Of a DNA stretch of 64,000 bases, positions 10,325 through 20,328 are shown in pieces. Each line of letters opens with the position of its first letter. Position 1 is the first letter of the stretch. The position numbers were made by a program, and so were the translations under genes. This DNA is from an uncultured delta proteobacterium (lineage in GTDB: Bacteria; Desulfobacterota; Binatia; UBA9968). The notes below the pieces were generated by a model, which saw nothing but the letters and a program-made list of their open reading frames with translations, made no database searches and had not been told where the DNA came from. The stretch spans positions 1,152,001 to 1,216,000 of the forward strand of contig CAVSHR010000004.1 of the NCBI GenBank assembly GCA_963727625.1, given 5' to 3'.

Positions 10325-11344
10325 ATGACAGAATCGGGCAAAGGAGCCGAGCGCTTCAAAACACTCCACGAAAGCTTTTCCCGCCACCATCTTCGTGGAC
10401 TTTGGCAACGCGAAGGTCGTAGCCCATCCCCGTTGCAGGCTCATCTATGGTCTTGGAAAGAAATCTCGCCGGTACTGCAACAATCGCTGAAGACAGTTCG
10501 ACTGCCCGAAGACATCGATCAACGAGTGATCGGACTGAGCAGTCCCGGCCTGTCCGACCGTCCGCTTTCGATGGCGTACCAGATCATCAACCAAGGCGAG
10601 GAAGTCGCCTCTCATCGTCACACGCCTGCGCAGATGAGATTCATCATTCAAGGCACGGGCGCCTATACGGTCTCCGAGGGAGAGCGAATGTTGATGGCGC
10701 CGGGGGATCTTCTCGTTCAGCCGAACTGGACATGGCACGGCACGATCAACATAGGAGAGGGGCCGGTGCTCTGGCTGGACATACAGGATCGCAACCTGAT
10801 CAATTACCTGGGCGCTTTCCTGCGTGACCTTTGGCCGAACGGCCAAGTCCAACCGGGGACACGCCCGCAAGAGTATCATCGAAAGCTGCTCGGCGCGTTT
10901 CGTCCAGCCCAAGCGTCGGGCTCACCGTCGCTCCAGCCCCCCTTTCACTATCGTTGGAACGACGTCCTCATAGCGCTCGACGAGCTGGCCGAAGCTGAAA
11001 AAACGAACCCCCACGACGGCATCTTATTCGAGTACGCCAACCCGCTAACCGGAGGCCATACGACGCCGACCATGAGCGCTCAGATGCAGCTTCTGCCGCC
11101 ATCTGAGAAAACCCGCAGTCATCGCCATACCGGCATGGCATGGTATTACGTGGTACAGGGGCAAGGCGCGTCGACCATCGATGGCGCGACGCTCCGATGG
11201 CAAGAGCACGACTGCTTTTTTGTCCCGCCCTTGCAGTGGCACTCGCACCAAAATACTTCAACGGGCGAGCGCGCGGTTCTCTTTACGGTCAATGATCGAC
11301 CGCTACTCGAAGCACTTGGCCTGTATCATGAAGAGGAGGGGTAA
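10325..11344 (+). CDS. Bicupin ring-cleavage dioxygenase, gentisate 1,2-dioxygenase / 1-hydroxy-2-naphthoate dioxygenase family (paralog 1)
   Basis: SHRHTPAQMRF, PNWTWH, EYANPLTGG, second-domain HRHT...WHSH; start placed at ATG 10325. Confidence 0.88.
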   Translation: MTESGKGAERFKTLHESFSRHHLRGLWQREGRSPSPLQAHLWSWKEISPVLQQSLKTVRLPEDIDQRVIGLSSPGLSDRPLSMAYQIINQGEEVASHRHTPAQMRFIIQGTGAYTVSEGERMLMAPGDLLVQPNWTWHGTINIGEGPVLWLDIQDRNLINYLGAFLRDLWPNGQVQPGTRPQEYHRKLLGAFRPAQASGSPSLQPPFHYRWNDVLIALDELAEAEKTNPHDGILFEYANPLTGGHTTPTMSAQMQLLPPSEKTRSHRHTGMAWYYVVQGQGASTIDGATLRWQEHDCFFVPPLQWHSHQNTSTGERAVLFTVNDRPLLEALGLYHEEEG

Positions 11345-11424
11345 ACTGGTTATGGTTTCAAATTTTTGTTTTCGCGGTACTGTGCTTGATGCTCCAAAAT
11401 GCGCGTAGCGAAAAGGAGGCAACG

Positions 11425-12624
11425 ATGGCTCGCAAGGTTCAAGTGATTTCCGGCGACTCCCACCTCGACATTCCCCCGGAACGTTGGGTGCACCGGGTGC
11501 CGGAAAAATGGCGCGACCGGGCGCCGCGCCGGATCAAGCTCGCCAACGGGGACGATGCCTTCATCATAGAAAATCGTCGCCCGCATTCTCCGACTCTGCA
11601 AATCACAGGTACGGGTCAAGCTTACGATCAGCATGATGCGAAGGGCATAAGCTACGACGGCGTCGGCACGGGCAGCCCCGCACAGCGCCTGCGCGAGCAA
11701 GATCAGGACGGAGTCGACGCCGAGATCCTTTATACCCACCCTTCTTATATCAGCTCCTGGAGAGGTATTACTGATGACGAGCCCTATAAAGCGGTGATCC
11801 GAGCCTACAACGAATGGCTTGCGCAGGAATACAGTTCTTTTGCGCCTGATCGCCTAATCGCCATGGGAGTGATTCCGGACACCGGCGTCAACGATGCCGT
11901 GGCGGAACTGGAGTACTGTGCCCGCGCCGGATTCAAAGGTGTGTGTCTATATAAATTTCCCAACGGAAAAGGCTATGCTTTACCCGAAGATGACCGCTTC
12001 TGGGCCGCTGCGATCGACTTCGGCATACCGATCACTGCGCATACCAACGGCGGCACGACCAGGTTTTCCCGCGAAGGTCCAGTCTATCATTACAGCCAAA
12101 CTCCACACCGGGCTCCACCCGGCCGCGATCCGGTAAACTTGCTCGTACGCTTCACCAGCGATAACGCTTTGGCGCCGATCCAGCTCGCGTTCGCCGGAGT
12201 CTTCGATCGTTTCCCGACACTCCGCGTCTACTGGGCCGAGACGCAGGTCGGCTGGCTTCCCTACTGTCTCTCCCAGATCGACGACAACTACGAGCGCAAT
12301 CGCCACTGGGCCGAGCGCCAATGGGGTATGGCGCCACTCAAGCACAAGCCCAGTGAATATCTGCGCGAGCGCAACCTATGGGGCTTCATGAAGGATCCGC
12401 TCGGCGTCCGGCTTCGCCACGACGTCGGTATTAAAGCGCTCTTGTGGGGAAGTGATTTCGCTCATGCCACCGGCGACTGGCCCGAATCGCGCAGAGTCAT
12501 CGACGAGACTTTTGTCGGAGTACCCGACGACGAGCGTTACCCCATGCTGGCAGGGAATGCCATAGAGTTCTTCGGCCTCAAGGATTCCGTTCCCGACTTG
12601 AGCGATCTCACGCGCGCGGCGTAA
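11425..12624 (+). CDS. Amidohydrolase_2 family protein (paralog 3)
   Basis: ISGDSH, QDQDGVDAEILY, AETQVGWLPY, WGSDFAH; RBS AAGGAGG before ATG 11425. Confidence 0.92.
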   Translation: MARKVQVISGDSHLDIPPERWVHRVPEKWRDRAPRRIKLANGDDAFIIENRRPHSPTLQITGTGQAYDQHDAKGISYDGVGTGSPAQRLREQDQDGVDAEILYTHPSYISSWRGITDDEPYKAVIRAYNEWLAQEYSSFAPDRLIAMGVIPDTGVNDAVAELEYCARAGFKGVCLYKFPNGKGYALPEDDRFWAAAIDFGIPITAHTNGGTTRFSREGPVYHYSQTPHRAPPGRDPVNLLVRFTSDNALAPIQLAFAGVFDRFPTLRVYWAETQVGWLPYCLSQIDDNYERNRHWAERQWGMAPLKHKPSEYLRERNLWGFMKDPLGVRLRHDVGIKALLWGSDFAHATGDWPESRRVIDETFVGVPDDERYPMLAGNAIEFFGLKDSVPDLSDLTRAA

Positions 12625-12679
12625 CAATATCGAGGCGAAGATGCGAAGCAGAACGGCCTACCGCATTGGAGGGGAACGC

Positions 12680-12853
12680 GTGACAGTGAAACCTCTCGTT
12701 GCGATTTCTTTATTGTTGATGATCTCCCGGCTTTTTTCGCCGGTGACGTTCGCCGCCGAAGCCGAGCGTGGCCGCTCGCGTGGATGGGCAACCACCGTCG
12801 AGGCGGCAAAGAAAGAAGGCAAGTATGATCGTCACACCTGGCACCTTCGATAA
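12680..12853 (+). pseudogene. Truncated N-terminus of an ABC extracellular solute-binding protein
   Basis: RBS GGAGGGG plus GTG, signal peptide, then WATTVEAAKKEGK (compare WAKLIAAGQKEGRL in the intact SBP at 14960-16159), followed by an abrupt stop. Confidence 0.65.
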
Positions 12854-12968
12854 TTGGCTTTCGTTTCTCTACGGACTGCCTGCTTCGTTTACACGTAAAA
12901 GAATTGGATCGAACTGACGCACCTCAAGATCTAAAGCGCGGCAGCATTCACAGCATTAATAATTCAAG

Positions 12969-14762
12969 TCACGCTTCATTTACTTTTTGGTTTGCACCGA
13001 TGGCCCGGACTTGCGGCGCGGGGCTCGCACCCGCCGCCATATCGTGTCGCACCGCTAGACGTAAGCCAAGGCTGCGGACCATCAACGCCCCGGCAACCGT
13101 GATACCGATAATGAAGATGCTGATGATACTCGCCGCTTCCCGGTCATTGATCCCCGGCGAGGCGAACTCGAGAGCCAATAGAGACAGCGTCATGGTTTCT
13201 CGGGACGCGAGTAATATGATGGGTGCTGTCGTACCAGCAGCACTGGTGAAGTTCAACACAGACAAGAGAGCGAGCGTGGGCATAAGCAATGGCAGCCATA
13301 TTCGTAAGTAGGTCTTGATCCACCCGGCGCCCGCCACCCTTGCGGCTTCTTCCATATCCGGTCCAATCTGGACAAAAACCGTTTTCATGATGTTGACACC
13401 CGTTGTCTTTCCTTGAATGAGCACCACGAGGAACAGAGCCCAGATGGTGCCATAAAGGAATGAAAGGCCCGGCGTGCTCACGAACAACCACAATAATCCT
13501 AATCCAGATAGAATGCCCGGAATGGCTCCAGTACCCCATACCATCAAGTCCAGCGCCCAGCGACCGGGCATGCGCGTTCGAACAAGGATGTAGGCAAGGA
13601 GCGAAAAAAGGAGTGGGCTTCCGACCGCTGCAAATAGACCGAGGATAAGAGTGGTACCTGCTGCGTCCAAGAACAGTTGGTCCTTCAGGACCAATCTCCA
13701 GTGGTCGAAAGTGAAACCAAGCACGAAATACCCGATTCGCGTCATGAAGCTGCCCAGCACCAACATGAGCGATGGAATGACCGTTAGCAGCATGAGCAGG
13801 GACACGATCACACCGAACAGTACGTGATTCCATCGCCCGAGGTCTATGAGACCGGGTTTGAAATTACCGGTAATCGTGGTGTAGCGACGCCGCTCCAGAA
13901 CCCAGCGCTGCATGGGAATAATCAATGCAATGAGCAGTAAGGTGATGCTTGCTAGCGCAGTCGCCTCGCCATACTGGGGAATATCAGTCCGGATCAGCGC
14001 AAAAATCTTTGTCGAGTACACAAAAAAACCGATTGGCGTTCCCAGCAGAAACTCGATCTCAAACTGTTGGAAGACCCGCAGGAGCTGGAGCGCGAATACC
14101 AGCATGATCGGCGAAATCATCAGGGGAAGCGTTACTCTGAGCGCAGTCAGGACCGTGCTGGCGCCGCTGACCCGCGCCGCCTCTTCCAAAGCTGCGTCCA
14201 TATTCCGAAAGGCCGGCGTTAGAAGTATGACCTTGACAGCAATGCCATTGGCCATCAAGTTAGCCCATACGATACCCGAGATGCTAAAAATGTTGAACGG
14301 TCCGTGATCAATAAAGGGTAGAGCGGTTAAGGCCTTATTGATCAGCCCGAGCTGCGGATCCATCAGACCAATCCATGCGATGGTTGTAGGAAGAGGAGGA
14401 ATCATGTACGCCACCCAGAACATGAACTCTAGCGCGTGACTGAATGGAATCCGTGTCCGCGCGAGAGTCCAGGCGATGGCTATCCCGATGGGTAAGCTAA
14501 TGACGGTTGTCCATCCCCAGATTAGAAGGGAGTTGCCCAACGGGACCAATAACTCACTAGGTTTCTGAAACGCGGCTCGCCAGTGATCAAGGCCCCACCG
14601 ACGAGGTTCAACAAACCAGTCGGCGGCTGCGTTGAAGCTATTAATTAGCACGAGAAGAACCGGCCAGATCATGAAGAAACCAAGCGATATCAGCACAACC
14701 GCCATGATGATATGGCCCTGATACGAGCGCGCCCCTGAAATATTTACCGGCGCTAGCTCCAC
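12969..14762 (-). CDS. Fe3+/polyamine-type ABC transporter permease (FbpB-like, fused double TM module)
   Basis: Two EAA loops (LEEAARVSGAS; MEEAARVAGAG), many TM helices, 597 aa. Confidence 0.9.
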   Translation of the reverse strand: MELAPVNISGARSYQGHIIMAVVLISLGFFMIWPVLLVLINSFNAAADWFVEPRRWGLDHWRAAFQKPSELLVPLGNSLLIWGWTTVISLPIGIAIAWTLARTRIPFSHALEFMFWVAYMIPPLPTTIAWIGLMDPQLGLINKALTALPFIDHGPFNIFSISGIVWANLMANGIAVKVILLTPAFRNMDAALEEAARVSGASTVLTALRVTLPLMISPIMLVFALQLLRVFQQFEIEFLLGTPIGFFVYSTKIFALIRTDIPQYGEATALASITLLLIALIIPMQRWVLERRRYTTITGNFKPGLIDLGRWNHVLFGVIVSLLMLLTVIPSLMLVLGSFMTRIGYFVLGFTFDHWRLVLKDQLFLDAAGTTLILGLFAAVGSPLLFSLLAYILVRTRMPGRWALDLMVWGTGAIPGILSGLGLLWLFVSTPGLSFLYGTIWALFLVVLIQGKTTGVNIMKTVFVQIGPDMEEAARVAGAGWIKTYLRIWLPLLMPTLALLSVLNFTSAAGTTAPIILLASRETMTLSLLALEFASPGINDREAASIISIFIIGITVAGALMVRSLGLRLAVRHDMAAGASPAPQVRAIGANQKVNEA

Positions 14763-14959
14763 TTGACGTTTTGCCTTTGATCTCTAACCGCGAGCTTGAC
14801 AACGTTTGACTGGGGCATCGGTGTAATTTCTCTGCGAGTTCTTCTCAACTCCAGGAGAGTTTGAACGGGTCGCAGAATCACTAACGCTATCTCATTTTCA
14901 ATCCAGTACTCCCCCTATGCATTTCTGCCCCCAACTCATTCCTTGGAATATCCCGCTGC

Positions 14960-16159
14960 CTAATGACGGCTCTCATTCCATGTCTTCACTATGGCGTCGC
15001 GCTGCTCCTTATCTTGAGCTACGAACTTTTTTTCGGCATCCATAAATATATATTTTCTGCCAGCAACTCGACGGTATTTTGCGGCCACATTACCAAACGG
15101 GATATCCTCACGCAGCGACTGTCTTCGGATTCCAGGCTCGACTTGATGTATTGCAGATTGACCTTCTTTCGAAAGAAACCAGTTCAGAAAAAGTTTCGCT
15201 GCATTTGGGTTGGGAGCCCGATCGTATACCTGGATACAACAACCGGAGCCGCCTGCGTTAAGGAAAGGAAGTTTATATGAAATTGACCGCATTGCCACAG
15301 GAATGCCTGCTTTCGATAACTTCCCCAGCGCACGGTCGAGGTCCCCGTCACTAAAAGCAATTGGAACGCTGCCTCCGACGACCCAAGATTCCCGAATCCT
15401 AACGTCATCCGAGAACCTCGCGTCCGCTTTATTAAAAAATGCTTTTATCCAATCTAGCCCTAAATTAGGCTGGAAGTAGATAATCTGCATTTCCCCAACC
15501 CGTCCCCGGTCTCCCCATGTCCGACTCGTGATCTTGCCTCGCCACTTCGGCTCCAACAGGTCCGCTGGAGTCTTAATCTTGGCTATTTCGTCTTTGCTGA
15601 TCGCGTCTGTGTTGTACCAGAAATCAAAGCTCTCGGTCGGATCCGCTGCATAGATAAATGAGAACATCTCTTCCTCTGGGTCGGCATACCAGTGACGGCC
15701 TCCGAACCAGGCGGATTTGTCAAGCACCTCTGGATGGATGAGCAAGGGTGGAATGGGGCTCACCGCCTTCGCCGGTATGAGTCTTGTCCGTGTCGCAGCT
15801 ACGCTGGTCAGACCGATATCGACCGTATATCTGCCGGCGTTTCGCTCCGCCAACACCCGATTTATGGTCGCCGAGCCGCTTCCCGTTGACAGAGAGACCT
15901 TAATGTTGAACTTGCTTTGGAAAGTTCCGATAACGGACCGATATTCGCGAGAAGGCGCTCCACCAGCGGCAATAGCAAGTCGTCCCTCCTTTTGGCCGGC
16001 AGCGATGAGCTTGGCCCATTCCGCGTCAAAACGAGATGTCGGAGAGGCTCCTTCGGCCATGGGTAGAAACAGAAGCAATGCTCCCAGACTGGTTAATAAT
16101 ATTCCTGCAATACGATGGACTGATGCAATCACTCTTTCTTCCTTTCGGACCTGGATCAT
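14960..16159 (-). CDS. ABC transporter extracellular solute-binding protein (Fe3+/polyamine-type)
   Basis: Signal peptide; DLLEPKWRGKI; APNPNAAKLFLNWFLSKEGQ family motif. Confidence 0.88.
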   Translation of the reverse strand: MIQVRKEERVIASVHRIAGILLTSLGALLLFLPMAEGASPTSRFDAEWAKLIAAGQKEGRLAIAAGGAPSREYRSVIGTFQSKFNIKVSLSTGSGSATINRVLAERNAGRYTVDIGLTSVAATRTRLIPAKAVSPIPPLLIHPEVLDKSAWFGGRHWYADPEEEMFSFIYAADPTESFDFWYNTDAISKDEIAKIKTPADLLEPKWRGKITSRTWGDRGRVGEMQIIYFQPNLGLDWIKAFFNKADARFSDDVRIRESWVVGGSVPIAFSDGDLDRALGKLSKAGIPVAMRSISYKLPFLNAGGSGCCIQVYDRAPNPNAAKLFLNWFLSKEGQSAIHQVEPGIRRQSLREDIPFGNVAAKYRRVAGRKYIFMDAEKKFVAQDKEQRDAIVKTWNESRH

Positions 16160-16207
16160 CGCGTATTCCCCCCTTGAGCTTTTTTGGTTCATGTTCGATT
16201 GTCGGCA

Positions 16208-17422
16208 CTAGTGCCGTGGATCACCATGAAACTGGCCAGATGCCCACGCGGTATGGCCGTCCGGTCGTAACTTCAACCAGATCTTATCGCCTTCATTCAC
16301 TGGATCGTGGCGCTCCCCACAAATTAGGATAGGTCCTTGGCCGTCGACCTCAACTTGGTATTCGATTCGCTCTCCGACAAACAACGCCGTCTCCACTGTT
16401 CCGCTGATCATTCCTGAAGGCGCCTTGGCGCCCGCCGGTTGGAGTATTTCGACGTCTTCGGGCCGAACTGCTATATAAGCGGATTGGCCGCTCGCGATGC
16501 CATCGGGACTATAGCTCCGCCCAAAAACGACACAGTCCGGTCCGCCCTTTAGAGCGACGGCTATCAGCCCAGACGGGTGGCAACTTTGCACTTTACCTTC
16601 GAACAAAAGAGTCTTGCCGACAAAATCGCGCACGAACTCGTTGACCGGCTGCTCATACAAAAGCCGTGGGCTGCCGAGTTGCTGCACGACACCGAAGTTC
16701 ATCAGCGCAATCCGATTTGACAAGCTAAGCGCCTCGATCTGATCATGCGTGACGAATAGCACCGCGATGTTCAACCGTTTTTGCAAGAGCTTCACTTGAA
16801 TACGCATTTGCTCGCGGAGCTTAGCGTCCAGGTTGCTGAACGGCTCGTCCAGCAAAAGGACGCGAGGTTCGGTCACCAGTGCTCTTGCAAGCGCTACCCG
16901 CTGTTGTTGTCCGCCGCTCAGCAATGGCCCCGGCCGATCCTCATATCCGACGAGATCGACCAACTCCAGGACTCGCCGAACGCGATCTTTAATCTCGCTC
17001 CGCGGAAAGTTGCGCGCTCGAAGCGGAAAGGCCAAATTTTCCGCCACGGTCATGTGCGGCCAAATAGCGTAGGATTGGAAAACCATGCCCACGTTTCGCC
17101 GATCGGGCGGGACAAATAACCGGCGGGAAGTTATAACCACTGCGCTATCGCCAAAATAGATATCCCCGTCGTCGGGCACTTCGAGACCTGCCGCCATGCG
17201 CAGGGTCGTGGTCTTACCGCATCCGCTAGGACCTAACAAGGTCACGATTTCACCGTCATGCACATCTATGGAGAGATCTTGCACGGCTGGCTGCGCACTT
17301 CCAGGATACCTCTTCCACACTCCCTGAAGCCGCAGGGCAAGCGCCGGCTTAGCGGCCTGTGATATTTTTTTGCAAGTGGTCAAAGATTCAGGGCAATCTA
17401 TAGGTGAATTCAGCTTCGACAT
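16208..17422 (-). CDS. ABC transporter ATP-binding protein (FbpC/PotA-like, TOBE domain)
   Basis: Walker A GPSGCGKT, LSGGQQQR signature, LLLDEP, VTHDQ; exact start uncertain. Confidence 0.93.
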   Translation of the reverse strand: MSKLNSPIDCPESLTTCKKISQAAKPALALRLQGVWKRYPGSAQPAVQDLSIDVHDGEIVTLLGPSGCGKTTTLRMAAGLEVPDDGDIYFGDSAVVITSRRLFVPPDRRNVGMVFQSYAIWPHMTVAENLAFPLRARNFPRSEIKDRVRRVLELVDLVGYEDRPGPLLSGGQQQRVALARALVTEPRVLLLDEPFSNLDAKLREQMRIQVKLLQKRLNIAVLFVTHDQIEALSLSNRIALMNFGVVQQLGSPRLLYEQPVNEFVRDFVGKTLLFEGKVQSCHPSGLIAVALKGGPDCVVFGRSYSPDGIASGQSAYIAVRPEDVEILQPAGAKAPSGMISGTVETALFVGERIEYQVEVDGQGPILICGERHDPVNEGDKIWLKLRPDGHTAWASGQFHGDPRH

Positions 17423-17710
17423 AGCTACACGTTCAAGAGGACGGTCGGCATCACGTGGGACTAAACTCTCATGCTTAACGTAGTTCGAAAATAGGCACGA
17501 CTCATGCGCTAACTGCGCAATCGTCTTCGAAGTATCGCTATTTTTTTGACAGCAGAAAATAACAATAATTCGCCCCCATCTGTCCTCGCTGTTCGTTCGC
17601 CAAAGTCGCAGCTCGTGAGAATGCTTGAGCCCCAAAATCTATTTCTCTCAATGCGTTTAAAGACGCTGTCTCCCTCTCCCCTCGCGGGGCGTCGCGGTTT
17701 CCCAACTGGG

Positions 17711-18874
17711 CTATTTACCGTCTAGATGGAAAAACCCTACCGCATTGCCCGCGAGCATTGCGTGTTTTTCATTTTCCGAGACCCCGCCAAATTGTTCTTC
17801 AACCAATTCGAGCGACTTAGGCCAGCGTGTAACAATATGCGGAAAATCGGTCGACCACATGATCTTGTTGACGCCGACCCGATGGCGCAATTCAATGCCG
17901 ACGGGATCGTCAAACATCCCCCAGTAAGCATGTTCGCGCAGATACTCGCTCGGCAGCTTCTTGAGCTTCGGTAAACCTAAAAGTTTCCCAGCCCAGCCGC
18001 AATTGACCTTGTACGTCTGGTCCATCTGCTCGTAAAAATAAGGTATCCAACCAATATTATTTTCGGCCCAAAAAATTTTAAGCTGCGGGAATCGGTCGAA
18101 CACGCCGGTGAAGATCATCTGCGTCGCTTCCACCGCGCCACAGTGATAGATCCCCTGACGGGCCAACCGCTGCAAGAAATCAAACGGCCGGTCCTCGCCT
18201 TGCGGATCTTTCGGGTATTGCATTAAATAAACGTCGCGCGCGTCCGTACGACGTGGGAACGAGGTGTGGATCGTGATCGGCATTTGCAGGTCCAAAGCAG
18301 CAGCGTAGAAACGGTCATCTTCCGGCGTCGGGTAGCCCTTGCCGCTTGGAAAGGTGTGCAATCGCAGCGCCTTGAAGCCTTTTTCCTTGCAACGCTTCAT
18401 TTCTTTGATGTTTTCATCGGCGCCGATGTCTGGCATCACCGCGACACCAACCAGCCGCGCTGGATCGACCGCGCAATATTCTTCGATGAAGTAATCGTTG
18501 AAGGCACGGATAATTTCGAGAAACGCGTCCTTGTCTTTGATTTTTGTGTTGCGCGCCTCGGTAGCAAACAACAATTCGCCGTCAATGCCGTCGGCATCCT
18601 GCTCTTTGAGCCGCTGCTGGGGTGACCCGGCACCAACGGCATTTTCGAAATCCAAGTGTGTCGGATCAAAGTCCGCCGGTTCCTTCCCGGCGAAGAGATT
18701 GGTGCCGCGGTACTCCAAGGGGTGCCCTTCGTCAGCGATCGCATCGCGGCCGTCAGCCAGTTTGATGCGGCGCGGCGCCCGGTCGCGGTACTTTGCCGGG
18801 ACGCGATGGGTCCAAGTCTCAGGCATGCACTCGAAGTGGCTATCTGCCGAAAAATAGCGATAGGTCTGGGCCAT
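17711..18874 (-). CDS. Amidohydrolase_2 family protein (paralog 4)
   Basis: FSADSH, QDADGIDGELLF, AENNIGWIPY, MWSTDFPH; close paralog of 7464-8651. Confidence 0.92.
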   Translation of the reverse strand: MAQTYRYFSADSHFECMPETWTHRVPAKYRDRAPRRIKLADGRDAIADEGHPLEYRGTNLFAGKEPADFDPTHLDFENAVGAGSPQQRLKEQDADGIDGELLFATEARNTKIKDKDAFLEIIRAFNDYFIEEYCAVDPARLVGVAVMPDIGADENIKEMKRCKEKGFKALRLHTFPSGKGYPTPEDDRFYAAALDLQMPITIHTSFPRRTDARDVYLMQYPKDPQGEDRPFDFLQRLARQGIYHCGAVEATQMIFTGVFDRFPQLKIFWAENNIGWIPYFYEQMDQTYKVNCGWAGKLLGLPKLKKLPSEYLREHAYWGMFDDPVGIELRHRVGVNKIMWSTDFPHIVTRWPKSLELVEEQFGGVSENEKHAMLAGNAVGFFHLDGK

Positions 18875-19048
18875 GGCTTAATCCTCCGTCGTTTCGATTA
18901 CGAGAAGATACCGCAGGCTTATACCCGGGGTCCTCAATACTCAGGAATTTTGATAGATCTTTCAGTCCGACAGCAAAAACCCAACGGCGCGGGTCCGCGC
19001 CGGATGAGTTAGAAATCTGCCGCCGCGAATCATGTTCCGACCCATCCT

Positions 19049-20236
19049 TTAGCGCGGTGTCTGCAGCCAGCGCTCCGGCTCTAATCCTGGCCGGTCTTTG
19101 TACTTCTCAGCAATCTCCCGCACCTTGGGGTGATCGGCGCTGGTGATTCGACCCTCCTTGTACACGTAGTTGTCGCCGATCTTGAGATCGCCGCCGCGCA
19201 ACTCAGCAGAGATATGCATTAAATAAGGAAATGTTTTACTGCGCCTGCTGTTGCCCATGTGAAAATGAAAACTGCTCCAGTGATGATGCTCAATAAAATG
19301 ACGATACGGCGCGTTCGGGCACTGGTGCGGTTCAAGGATTGCGGAAGGATGCACGCCGCCGTGAAAACCGCGTACTTCGTAAGCAGCCTCGCCGAGATAT
19401 TTTGAGATAAATTGATAGAAGCGCGTTAGCGTCTCTGCCTCGGCTCCTCCCTCGAATTTTTTGATGAAACCTTTTTCGATATGGACTTTTACCGGCTGTT
19501 TAAACGGACAAGGTACGCCGATGTGACGCGCCCAAATGACGCCGATCTCGTTGATTATACCGACACCCTCGGCATCGCGGGAGCGAATCGAAGACCAGAC
19601 CCCTTCAGGGAAGGGACAATAGGGTCCGATGTCACGGTAGTGCGCGTAGTCATCCGTGTCCTCAGGTTTAACGACGTAGCCTTCGACGTGGGAGCCGTTG
19701 GGATGAGTCATCACCCACTTAGCGCCGGGTTTTGCCAAGGCGCAGGCCTGGACGCGGATTTCCGAAACCAATTCATAGGGTGTAAGCCCCCAGTTACTTG
19801 TCAAGAGCGATGCTGTCGTCGCCATGTTCCTCGCGTAACGGACGTTTCGTTCCTTCAGAAGGTCTGGAACCTCTCGAAGCTCCTCTTCAAAAGTCAGATC
19901 CACAGCGTGGCTGATAATCACGTCCGCGGCGCGCATGGCGTTGGCAACAATCGGTGGTACGCGCCACGCTTTACCGGGGTCGGCGCCATCACCCCAAAGT
20001 ACCATCGGGCGGTAAGGAATATCGCACCATACCACGGTCGCATCGGCGCCTCGTTCAACAATAGCAGCGTGCACCCACGCTACAGCTTCTTGATCGACGA
20101 TATTAACGCCACCGTGCAAACCATCGTTGGCGGCAACGATCAACACGTTCATACCCGGTTGGACCTTGGCACAGTTGTCGACCAAGTCGGCGACGGCGAC
20201 CGCCGCCTGTGTAGGGATCAATGGTACGGAACTCAT
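19049..20236 (-). CDS. M29 aminopeptidase-fold metalloprotein, NicX (2,5-dihydroxypyridine dioxygenase)-like; function uncertain
   Basis: CAKVQPGMNVLIV, PPIVANAMRAADVII, THPNGS, FPEG, PVKVHIEKGFIKKFEGG, HFHMGNS, YKEGRI follow the M29/NicX pattern. Confidence 0.6.
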   Translation of the reverse strand: MSSVPLIPTQAAVAVADLVDNCAKVQPGMNVLIVAANDGLHGGVNIVDQEAVAWVHAAIVERGADATVVWCDIPYRPMVLWGDGADPGKAWRVPPIVANAMRAADVIISHAVDLTFEEELREVPDLLKERNVRYARNMATTASLLTSNWGLTPYELVSEIRVQACALAKPGAKWVMTHPNGSHVEGYVVKPEDTDDYAHYRDIGPYCPFPEGVWSSIRSRDAEGVGIINEIGVIWARHIGVPCPFKQPVKVHIEKGFIKKFEGGAEAETLTRFYQFISKYLGEAAYEVRGFHGGVHPSAILEPHQCPNAPYRHFIEHHHWSSFHFHMGNSRRSKTFPYLMHISAELRGGDLKIGDNYVYKEGRITSADHPKVREIAEKYKDRPGLEPERWLQTPR

Positions 20237-20328
20237 CCTTTCCTCCAGTCTGCTGGCTCTTCAAGATTCTCGGTTCAAAGCATAATCTTTCGCACTCGGA
20301 AACATTGCACCGCGGACTCAACACAACT

